Positions 47,781-55,510 of a stretch of 64,000 nt of DNA are shown piece after piece (positions within the stretch are counted from its first letter, which is position 1; each line of letters begins with the position of its first letter). Position numbers and translations under genes: made by a program. The notes below the pieces were generated by a model that was not told the DNA's origin, made no database searches, and saw only the letters and a list, made by a program, of their open reading frames with translations. Origin of the DNA: a virus. Lineage: Duplodnaviria; Caudoviricetes. The stretch lies in IMG/VR virus record IMGVR_UViG_2854744553_000002, positions 2,106-66,105 of that record; one strand, 5' to 3'.

Positions 47781-48071
47781 TTAAACCCGCATCCGCACGA
47801 CGCGCGGGACGACGCCAAAGCACGGGCGCGGTGCCGGCACAATCTGGGCCCTGTTATTTATTGATTTGGGCCTAGCTCCGCTGGAAAACGGCGGCGTATC
47901 ATTCCGTTTCGGCCTGGCGTCCAGGTGATTGCGGATGATTACGATCGTGCATTCGTTCAGCACGTCGCTGACGGTCTTGCGCATCGCTGTGCATGCGGCT
48001 TGCAAGGCATCCTTGTTGTCGTCCGTGATGTAGCCCTTGACGAGCGCGGTGCGTTTTTGCTTCTGTTTCAT
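47781..48071 (-). CDS. Hypothetical regulator at the cII position
   Basis: AGGAG RBS before MKQKQ; RHH-like pattern; downstream of cro. Confidence 0.55.
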   Translation of the reverse strand: MKQKQKRTALVKGYITDDNKDALQAACTAMRKTVSDVLNECTIVIIRNHLDARPKRNDTPPFSSGARPKSINNRAQIVPAPRPCFGVVPRVVRMRV

Positions 48072-48275
48072 GGTTTTCTCCTGGTGGTCGGTGTTACAGG
48101 GTTTGGGTACAGCGAAATGCAGGTTGGTACTTGGTGCTGTTTTACGGTGGACGCTCGCTGGCTGGTAATACGCACTCCTCAAGCGGCACGCCGCGAGGCA
48201 GCTGATGCGGTTCGAGCAGCGGGATGCGCACGAAGTCGGCCGCCGGGCGCGGTGGGGAAATTGGAACCAAGCGGG

Positions 48276-48617
48276 TCATGGCTTGGCACCCACGTCGATG
48301 CCGACAGCGGCACGCAGCGACACGGTGTCGAAGATGGCTTTGGTGGTGGGCGGTTGGCGGCCGGCGTGGCCTGGCGCTGGATCGGGATCGGTGGCGCGGC
48401 GTGGTGCTACCTCATGGCTGCGCGCCCAGATATCGGGCCGAAGATCGCAGAGAGTGAGCTTCGGCTCAGCTGCGACAAGCTTCTTGCAAAGCTCGGGGCC
48501 AGCCCGGCGATGGCCTCCTCCAATCAGGTAGAGGTATGCAACCGAAGTGCCAGCGGCGTCGGCCAAGATTTTGCGGTCGCAAGGCGCGGCTTGCTTGAGG
48601 TAATTTTTCATATCCAT
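48276..48617 (-). CDS. Cro-like (YdaS-type) repressor
   Basis: LADAAGTSVAYLYLI..G.R...DLRPDIW; divergent from cI. Confidence 0.85.
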   Translation of the reverse strand: MDMKNYLKQAAPCDRKILADAAGTSVAYLYLIGGGHRRAGPELCKKLVAAEPKLTLCDLRPDIWARSHEVAPRRATDPDPAPGHAGRQPPTTKAIFDTVSLRAAVGIDVGAKP

Positions 48618-48625
48618 TCCGCGAC

Positions 48626-48692
48626 TTTACCATAAAGATAAACTTTATGCGGAACTTTGTTTATCTTTTTGGTTGTTTATCTTTTTGTTAAA
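48626..48692. promoter_or_regulatory. Right operator: three 17-bp sites
   Basis: TTTACC-ATAAA-GATAAA (48626), TTTATC-TTTTT-GGTTGT (48660), TTTATC-TTTTT-GTTAAA (48676). Confidence 0.8.
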
Positions 48693-48710
48693 TTAGAAGA
48701 CCATCACGCG

Positions 48711-49418
48711 ATGACTAGAGAAGAAATCAGACGAGAGAACGCCCGCGCCCTTGCCGACCTTGCAGGCGGACAGGTGGAATTCGGGCGCGCCCTCAATATG
48801 GTCCCGTCGCAGGTAAGTCAAATAATTGGCAAGACGCCAATCAAAAACATCGGCAATTCAATCGCGAAGCGTATTGAGCAGGCTTTCGAGAAGCCAGCTG
48901 GCTGGCTTGATGTGAGGCACGCAGTGGATCAGGACGACGAACAAGTCGACGCGCCTGGCGCGCGGCCGGTGACTGACGATGATGATATGGCCCCTGTTAT
49001 GGTCGCCATACGCATGGTTCCCGAGCATTTACGGGCGGGAATTACCGGTTTTGAAGCAGATAGCGTTTTTGATGACGTCGGGCATTTATACGTCCCCCGC
49101 CAGTGGCTCGAAGAAAACGACCTCACTACGCACCAGCTGCTCGCGATCAAAGTGAAGGGCGAAAGCATGGTGCCGATGATGTACGAAGGCGACGTGGCTG
49201 TCGTCAACACAAAAGATACGAGCCGTGTGAGTGGCGGCGTTTTCGCACTGAATTACAAGGGAGAGTCGGTTGTCAAGCGCCTGCGCTACGAGCGGCGCGA
49301 ATGGTATCTGGCGTCCGAGAACCCTGATTTCCAACAAGAGCCGTGCCGTACCGGCGACTGCAAAGTAATCGGCCGCGTTGTCCGTTTCGAGCCACGTAAT
49401 TTCAAGGATCGACTGTGA
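48711..49418 (+). CDS. cI: CI-like repressor (HTH plus S24 peptidase)
   Basis: N-terminal HTH; VKGESM catalytic Ser and VVKRL Lys; VIGRVV. Confidence 0.93.
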   Translation: MTREEIRRENARALADLAGGQVEFGRALNMVPSQVSQIIGKTPIKNIGNSIAKRIEQAFEKPAGWLDVRHAVDQDDEQVDAPGARPVTDDDDMAPVMVAIRMVPEHLRAGITGFEADSVFDDVGHLYVPRQWLEENDLTTHQLLAIKVKGESMVPMMYEGDVAVVNTKDTSRVSGGVFALNYKGESVVKRLRYERREWYLASENPDFQQEPCRTGDCKVIGRVVRFEPRNFKDRL

Positions 49419-49726
49419 GTCCCGCTCCTGGCAGCCGCGATGCGGCGCGGCCGACGATCTTCAAGGTTATTTTCCCTGGTCTTGTGGCAGCTGTAACGGC
49501 GCTGCTTTTCTTTGGGTATTGGTCGTTGCACCGTGAGCCGGTCAACGCAACTCCAAGTCGCCTGCAAGTAGACGCCCAAGAGAAATCCGCTGCCAAGGAT
49601 GCGGTTGAGCTTTGCTGGGGCCGTGCTAAAGCGTTGCCATCGGGCTCGGTCGAAGCACAAATTGCCCGGGATGCATGCCAGCAGATGCAGGCACAGTACG
49701 AGCAAACTTACCGACTGGCGCCATGA
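49415..49726 (+). CDS. Small membrane-anchored protein co-transcribed with cI
   Basis: GTGA overlap with cI; one TM; two Cys. Confidence 0.7.
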   Translation: MSPAPGSRDAARPTIFKVIFPGLVAAVTALLFFGYWSLHREPVNATPSRLQVDAQEKSAAKDAVELCWGRAKALPSGSVEAQIARDACQQMQAQYEQTYRLAP

Positions 49727-50205
49727 TTCCCAGATTACTTTTTCTCTTACCCGCCCTGGCGCTCGCGCCCTCTGCCTACGCCGAGACATGGCAATGCACC
49801 GATACAGCAACTGGCCGCGTCTACACCGTCAGCCAGGCCGTGCCGGCCGACGCGTGCAAGCTGGTCAGCAGTACGAAGAATCCGCACTTCACAGGCCCAG
49901 CGGTTAGCGAGCAGCCGGTTCCTGTATCCATGCGTAGGCAGCAGTCCTGCAACAAAGAGGCAGCTCAGGACGTACAGTTCGGCATCCGAGAATTTGCCAA
50001 GTGGCACATCGAAGGCGATCATCTGGCTGTGCACTGGACGTATGCAATCGAAAAGCAGCCCGAGGCGAAGCGCCTGCAGATGATCACGACCTATGCGGAT
50101 ATGGATGCGTGTTTGGGTGGCGCCGCGCGCGAGATCATGTTCTACCGCAAGGGTAAGCTGATGGGGATTGCATCCCCGACAACTGGCGTGCGGCTAGTGA
50201 TGTAG
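49723..50205 (+). CDS. Exported protein co-transcribed with cI
   Basis: Signal peptide MIPRLLFLLPALALAPSAYA; ATGA overlap. Confidence 0.7.
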   Translation: MIPRLLFLLPALALAPSAYAETWQCTDTATGRVYTVSQAVPADACKLVSSTKNPHFTGPAVSEQPVPVSMRRQQSCNKEAAQDVQFGIREFAKWHIEGDHLAVHWTYAIEKQPEAKRLQMITTYADMDACLGGAAREIMFYRKGKLMGIASPTTGVRLVM

Positions 50206-50350
50206 TGCAACAATTAGAGAGATTTCTGGTTGCATATTTATATATAATCAGAATTTCCTACTCGGCACATTATATTGCTGGCTCAAAATAGCCTAATTTA
50301 ATGGATGATATTCGCGCATTCACCTTAATTAGCAAGCATCTCACGATCCA

Positions 50351-51268
50351 ATGGAACAATCCCCGCAAAAAAATATTGCCAGCATGGCAGCAGCGAATAT
50401 GGCTGAAGCGAAATCAATTCCTAGCCAACCAATTGCGGTACCGTTGTTTACAACATCTGCATATTTAAGCTTTGCTGAATGGCCAAAAGAGGCGACTGCG
50501 GCTTGCGTACATGCATGCGAAATTCATCACCCGAGCGCCGGCCGCGTTACTGCATATGCAAAAATGTATCGCGCCACTGTAGGTGGCCGAGGATTGTTAA
50601 ATGAAATTTCTGCCTTTATTCTTGGAAGGGCTTTAGGTGCACCAATGGCTGATCACGGCTTTGTTTGCATGATTCCGTTAAGCAGATTATCCTCACCACC
50701 GTCTCACCATAAATGGATACGAGAGTTACTGGCGAAAAATAAAAATGCAGATTTCCCAGCATTTTGCACTAGTAAAATGGATGGAAGTGATGCGGTCATA
50801 GAATACCTTAGAGCAGGGTCCAAAGTATTTTCCGAAGATATTCGAAAATGGAGGGCGCTACCCCTCGCATCCAGATTTGATCAACATATTTCCAACACAG
50901 ATCGACATCTTGGCAATCTTCGGCGCACTGCCAAGCATACATATAAACTATTCGACCACGGACGCATTGTGACGGATGATGGCGATTGGATTGCTAGCGA
51001 CCTTGCCTCACGGACAGGAAAGAAAAATACTGACAGCCTTCTGCAGGAGGCTTGGCCTGATGGTTGTCCGGCTGAAGTTGTTAGTGACATTCTCCTACAT
51101 CTTGGCTATCATGAGACGGCTTTAACTATTGCGCTGCCAGATTTGCGCTGGTGGTGGTCACGCCTTGCTGAGCCATCCGATGCGGCAAGCTTTGAAAAAT
51201 ACTTGATCTATAGAGCCGCGGAGCTCAAGACAATGTATCAGACGGCATACGGCCAGCTACCACTATGA
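50351..51268 (+). CDS. HipA-like (PI3/4-kinase fold) kinase
   Basis: AYAK, NEI, FDQHISNTDRHLGN catalytic loop, LFDHG; low GC. Confidence 0.85.
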   Translation: MEQSPQKNIASMAAANMAEAKSIPSQPIAVPLFTTSAYLSFAEWPKEATAACVHACEIHHPSAGRVTAYAKMYRATVGGRGLLNEISAFILGRALGAPMADHGFVCMIPLSRLSSPPSHHKWIRELLAKNKNADFPAFCTSKMDGSDAVIEYLRAGSKVFSEDIRKWRALPLASRFDQHISNTDRHLGNLRRTAKHTYKLFDHGRIVTDDGDWIASDLASRTGKKNTDSLLQEAWPDGCPAEVVSDILLHLGYHETALTIALPDLRWWWSRLAEPSDAASFEKYLIYRAAELKTMYQTAYGQLPL

Positions 51269-52152
51269 ACTATGATTTGCTACGAGCAGATGCTCAACAT
51301 ATTCAGCCTGCGCCAATTCAAGGCGAGTGGCAAATTATTCAATTTCAACCAGACTTTACCACGGGCGAAATATTCAATATCGGCGTTATTTTCTTCGAAA
51401 AAAGAAAGAAAACACCTCATGTGAAGCTATTGCCCAGTCTCGCTGGATTTCGATCTATTTACGGAGCAAATGGCGCGGACAACTTCAAATTTCTTCTGCG
51501 CCTACTTCACGAGCAGTTAGTAGAGCTTCATGAGCTACGATCGCCAAGCCCGCAAATTATATTTGGTAAAAAAAAATTTACCTCGGGGAATAGCCCACAA
51601 GAAATCATCTCCCATTTATATAAAAATATGGTCACGTTGGCCAGGGCAAAAGATGAAGCCGAGGATGACGCTAACGGTTTCTCTTCACTAAAAACAGAAG
51701 AGTTACGTAGACGCGTATTTAAAGCGGCCCAGAAAAAGATGGGAAATGGTTGGTCATCAATATTTCGGAGTGATCCGATATCTGTTTCCGATAACCGCGG
51801 CATGCGACACTCCCTAGACCTTCCAATCTGGCGTGGCGAGGACCTTTTAAGTGCTCAAATTTATGGGACTATACTATCTGCTCAGTTCAGATCGGATGCC
51901 TACCGGTCAGCTTCCCTTTCGACCGGATATGTTAATTTCAATCAAGCTGCTGAGATTGCAAAATCAGCCAAAGGTGGACTACTGATACTTCGTCCATCAA
52001 AAGAAAACACCGCATTTGATGAACAATTGCGCGCAGAGATCGATAACGATATTGATAAAATTACATGGCCATATATCAAACGCAGGGGAATTAAAATCCA
52101 TGTTGCCGATTCGGTCGACGAGTTGGCCAATGCAGCATTAGCCTTGCTATGA
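51265..52152 (+). CDS. DUF3037-like partner protein
   Basis: IIQFQPDFTTGEIFNIGVIF signature; ATGA overlap with the kinase. Confidence 0.75.
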   Translation: MNYDLLRADAQHIQPAPIQGEWQIIQFQPDFTTGEIFNIGVIFFEKRKKTPHVKLLPSLAGFRSIYGANGADNFKFLLRLLHEQLVELHELRSPSPQIIFGKKKFTSGNSPQEIISHLYKNMVTLARAKDEAEDDANGFSSLKTEELRRRVFKAAQKKMGNGWSSIFRSDPISVSDNRGMRHSLDLPIWRGEDLLSAQIYGTILSAQFRSDAYRSASLSTGYVNFNQAAEIAKSAKGGLLILRPSKENTAFDEQLRAEIDNDIDKITWPYIKRRGIKIHVADSVDELANAALALL

Positions 52153-52173
52153 GTTCGAATTAAATCACCGTCA

Positions 52174-52195
52174 ACCCGCCTCGCGCGGGCTTTTT
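52174..52195 (+). terminator. Intrinsic terminator
   Basis: CCCGC-CTCGC-GCGGGCTTTTT. Confidence 0.8.
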
Positions 52196-52253
52196 AGTCT
52201 CATCGCATTTACAATCACTTCCATCTTAGCAATATTCGACGCATAATGCATTT

Positions 52254-52532
52254 ATGCAACTATGCGCAGCGATCATCAACATCAAGCAAACCCAGCTGGC
52301 CGTGGTCCGGGTTGAACCAGAACATACCTGGCCCGGCACCGGCCCGGCCGCACTGGTGCATGCGCAACTATTCTTCCCCACCCTTCCCATCTTGCTCCTG
52401 GCGCCGCGCATCGGCGGCTTTTCGCGAAGTTACGCCACGTTCGATATCGAGCCACTGATCAGCCAGATCAACGCTAACGAAATCAAATGGCAGGCTTACC
52501 GGCGCCCACCACCGCCCGAACTGCCCTTCTAA
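52254..52532 (+). CDS. Small hypothetical protein
   Basis: 92-aa ORF between two terminators. Confidence 0.55.
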   Translation: MQLCAAIINIKQTQLAVVRVEPEHTWPGTGPAALVHAQLFFPTLPILLLAPRIGGFSRSYATFDIEPLISQINANEIKWQAYRRPPPPELPF

Positions 52533-52542
52533 GCATCCACAC

Positions 52543-52569
52543 CAGCCTCGACGATTCGAGGCTTTTTTT
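52543..52569 (+). terminator. Intrinsic terminator
   Basis: AGCCTCGA-CGAT-TCGAGGCTTTTTTT. Confidence 0.85.
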
Positions 52570-52610
52570 CGTCTATCGATTTGCCAAGAACCGCGCCAAA
52601 AAATAAATAA

Positions 52611-52662
52611 TTAATCTTTTTGGTAAATTCTTCTTGCTGCATGTTTATCTTTTTGGTAAAGT
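52611..52662 (+). promoter_or_regulatory. pL-like promoter with two 17-bp operator sites
   Basis: TTGCTG-17 bp-TAAAGT; TTAATC-TTTTT-GGTAAA (52611) and TTTATC-TTTTT-GGTAAA (52644) match the right-operator sites. Confidence 0.8.
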
Positions 52663-52694
52663 CACTCCATCAAAAGCAAACACAGGAGTACGAC

Positions 52695-52784
52695 ATGTCC
52701 CCAGCAGAGCTCGCAGCACTCGAAGCGGTCCTCATCGCCCACGGCGAAGTGATCCCGGCAATCGCCATCCCAGCGCGCGGCTGA
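52695..52784 (+). CDS. 29-aa first ORF of the early-left operon
   Basis: AGGAG RBS; MSPAELAALEAVLIAHGEVIPAIAIPARG. Confidence 0.5.
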   Translation: MSPAELAALEAVLIAHGEVIPAIAIPARG

Positions 52785-52789
52785 TCGCC

Positions 52790-53023
52790 ATGAGCGCCCG
52801 TGACGCCCTGCCCGGCCTGTTCACCGCCCCACCGGCGCGCGCAACGCTGCGCAAGTACAACGTATCGATCAAGTTTGCAGACGGAATTTTTGAAGCCACA
52901 GCTTGGGCAGGAAGCCCGAATCAGGCGCATGAGCTGGCGCGAGTAGATGCGCGCATGGCGTCTTGCACCGGCACGTTTTATGGCCGCGAGCTGGGCTGGA
53001 CTGCAGAGCTGGCAAAGATTTAG
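52790..53023 (+). CDS. Hypothetical phage protein
   Basis: MSARDALPGLF..., 77 aa. Confidence 0.6.
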   Translation: MSARDALPGLFTAPPARATLRKYNVSIKFADGIFEATAWAGSPNQAHELARVDARMASCTGTFYGRELGWTAELAKI

Positions 53024-53168
53024 CGGTCGCCCGCGCCGTAGTTCAAGGTGGGACAGGCCGGCGGGCCGGATAAATGCCCTGTGGGATCAGCATGCCCCGA
53101 TTGATCTTCGTGAGGATCAGGCGCCCGGGGAAGCCCGGCGCCACAACCAACCTTGAAGGAAATACAGC

Positions 53169-53348
53169 ATGTCGAATTTCAAAGAAAACCAGAAGGTGAA
53201 TGTGAAGGGCACGAAGACCGACCCAGCAGCGCGCCCTGGCAAGTTCGTGCAGACGCACCCCGGCGCCCGTGGTGACTTCCTGGAAGTACTGCTGGACGGC
53301 TCGACGCAAAGCCAGCGCTTCCGCCCTTCGCAGGTGTCGGCAGCCTGA
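53169..53348 (+). CDS. 59-aa beta-rich (SH3-like) protein, absent from the ORF track
   Basis: AAGGA RBS; MSNFKENQKVNVKG...FRPSQVSAA. Confidence 0.65.
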   Translation: MSNFKENQKVNVKGTKTDPAARPGKFVQTHPGARGDFLEVLLDGSTQSQRFRPSQVSAA

Positions 53349-53582
53349 TTTGACTCCGGCCAGTCGCCCTGGCCCGTTTCGCCGGCGTAACCGGCGGCCA
53401 ACAAAGCAAGGGACGGGCGTGAACTTCGCCTCGATCGTCGCGCAGCAAAAGCGAAGACCGGCCTTGAAGCAGCTGGGTTTGTGACCAGCCCCTTGCTTTG
53501 TTGGCGGCCCACCAGCCGCAGGAATCACACGCCCGACGGATTGACCGGGTCGTCAACAGCCAATTAACCAAAGGAGCGGGAC

Positions 53583-53828
53583 ATGAGCAAAAACACAGGC
53601 GGGCCAGCGTTTCCAGTGCATGACCCTTTTGCCGCGCACCAGCCAGGCACAGTAGACCTGGCGCAACGCCTCGCGGAAGGCATGACGCTGCGCGACTACT
53701 TTGCCGCAAAATCTCTGCCGGCCGCATATAACTGGGCGCTCGAGTATCCAGAAGAAGACCATTGGACGCTCACGGCAAGCGAGGCATACAACATGGCCGA
53801 CGCAATGCTTGCGGAGCGCGCCAAATGA
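53583..53828 (+). CDS. Conserved small phage protein
   Basis: GGPAFP...GMTLRDYFAAK...AYNMADAMLAER. Confidence 0.85.
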   Translation: MSKNTGGPAFPVHDPFAAHQPGTVDLAQRLAEGMTLRDYFAAKSLPAAYNWALEYPEEDHWTLTASEAYNMADAMLAERAK

Positions 53829-54049
53829 TCGCCGCCCGCAATGTCACCGCCGGCCGCCAGTCCCGCCTCGCCGTGTCTGCCGCCCTTGCCTTTGCCCACC
53901 AGGACGCTGGCGTCGAATCGGCGCTGAACAGCGGCTGCCTGGACGCGACAGAGCAGATTCCGTGCGGCGCCTGTTACGGCGTGCTGGCCACGGCCAAGCG
54001 AAACGGTATTCGACTGATGCTGGCGGGCCGCGAAGGGAGTGCAACGTGA
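53825..54049 (+). CDS. Hypothetical protein
   Basis: ATGA-coupled, MIAARN start. Confidence 0.5.
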   Translation: MIAARNVTAGRQSRLAVSAALAFAHQDAGVESALNSGCLDATEQIPCGACYGVLATAKRNGIRLMLAGREGSAT

Positions 54050-54176
54050 GCTATGTCATCACCACCTGTACGGCCACCGGCTGCCAGCACACCTACGCCG
54101 GCACCGGCAGCCCCGACGCCACCCTAGCCGCGCTACCGGAAGACGAACCGATGAGCATCACCTTGCTGGTGCAGCC

Positions 54177-54422
54177 ATGATCGCCCTCCTCCACCGCCTG
54201 CTGGCCGCCCACCGCCACTACCAGGCGCAGCACCAGCACCGCATGAACAAGATGCGCCTGGCCGGCGTGCGCCGCGAGCTGGCCGGGCTCGAAGAAATGC
54301 GCAAAGAACTGATCACCGCGCAGATCGAAGCGCTGATCGACCTAGACGCATCCGCCGCGCGCGTGCAGCGCCTGGGCCGCGCCCACCGGGAGGCTCAGTG
54401 GACGTCGTCAGCCAAGCCGTGA
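54177..54422 (+). CDS. Hypothetical coiled-coil protein
   Basis: MIALLHRLL start, ATGA overlap. Confidence 0.55.
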   Translation: MIALLHRLLAAHRHYQAQHQHRMNKMRLAGVRRELAGLEEMRKELITAQIEALIDLDASAARVQRLGRAHREAQWTSSAKP

Positions 54423-54534
54423 TCGACGTGGCCAGCCAGGCCCTGCGCAACTGGCATGCCGGCCACGCCATCGTCTACGCCGTCCGCCTGGCGTTGTTGA
54501 AGGCAGAAATCATAAAACTAACAAGGAAAAAGTC

Positions 54535-55473
54535 ATGAACGCAGCAACCCAAGACGGGCAAACGGCCCTGCAAACAGCGCAGTACGGTCAGGGCGATCTA
54601 TCCGTCGCCAGCACCAGCAGCGCATCCCTGATCCTCGATGTTGCGAGCATGGATAGCATCATGCGCCTGGCCGACATCATGGCCAAGGGCCGCTCAACCA
54701 TCCCGGATCACCTGAAAGGAAGCTCTGCCGACTGCGCTGCTGTCGTCATGCAGGCCATGCAGTGGAAGATGAACCCCTTCGCAGTGGCGCAGAAGACGCA
54801 CCTGGTGAACGGCACGCTCGGATACGAAGGGCAACTGGTGAACGCGGCCATCCAGTCTAGCGGCGTCACCCGCGACCGGTTCAATTACGAATGGTTCGGG
54901 ACGTGGGAAAAAATCATTGGCAAAACGCGCGTGTGCGAGGCGGCAGCCAAGGGCAAGCCGGGCGATAAAGATTACAAAAAAGCTTATCAATACCGCGTGC
55001 CGGATTATCCCATGCAAGACGAAGAAGGTTGCGGCGTACGCATTTGGGCGACGCTGCGCGGCGAAAGCGAGCCGCGCTATCTCGAACTGCTGCTGGTCCA
55101 GGCCACCGTGCGCAACTCGCCGCTCTGGACGACCGACCCGCGCCAGCAATTGGCCTACCTCGCTGTGAAGCGCTGGAGCCGGCTGTACGCCCCTGACGTG
55201 ATCTTGGGCGTCTATACGCCCGACGAGCTTGAAGAAACGAACCGCGAAATGCGCGACATCACGCCGGCCGCGCCTGCTGCAGATGATCGCACCATCGATC
55301 AGCTGCCGGAATGTACAGACGAGCTGTTCAAGCAAAAAACGCCGGAATGGCGCCAAACCATCCTGAGCAAGAAGAAAACGCCGGCGCAGCTGATCGCAAT
55401 GCTCAGCACCCGCGCCACGTTCACCGAAGTGCAAAAAATGACCATCGACAGCTGGTCGCGCGAAAACGACTAA
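54535..55473 (+). CDS. recT: RecT/Redbeta-like single-strand annealing protein
   Basis: MQAMQWKMNPFAVAQKT...RNSPLW..DPRQQLAYLA...LGVYTPDEL. Confidence 0.9.
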   Translation: MNAATQDGQTALQTAQYGQGDLSVASTSSASLILDVASMDSIMRLADIMAKGRSTIPDHLKGSSADCAAVVMQAMQWKMNPFAVAQKTHLVNGTLGYEGQLVNAAIQSSGVTRDRFNYEWFGTWEKIIGKTRVCEAAAKGKPGDKDYKKAYQYRVPDYPMQDEEGCGVRIWATLRGESEPRYLELLLVQATVRNSPLWTTDPRQQLAYLAVKRWSRLYAPDVILGVYTPDELEETNREMRDITPAAPAADDRTIDQLPECTDELFKQKTPEWRQTILSKKKTPAQLIAMLSTRATFTEVQKMTIDSWSREND

Positions 55474-55510
55474 TCGCCACATCCAACAATAAAACCATCA
55501 AGGACACATC

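Noticed and set aside
48657-48710. Extended cI N-terminus from the TTG at 48657
   Set aside because: It overlaps the operator sites; ATG 48711 (MTREEIRR) fits the HTH start.
53032-53110. tRNA gene
   Set aside because: Only the 5' part looks tRNA-like; no GTTCRA T-loop or matching 3' acceptor strand.
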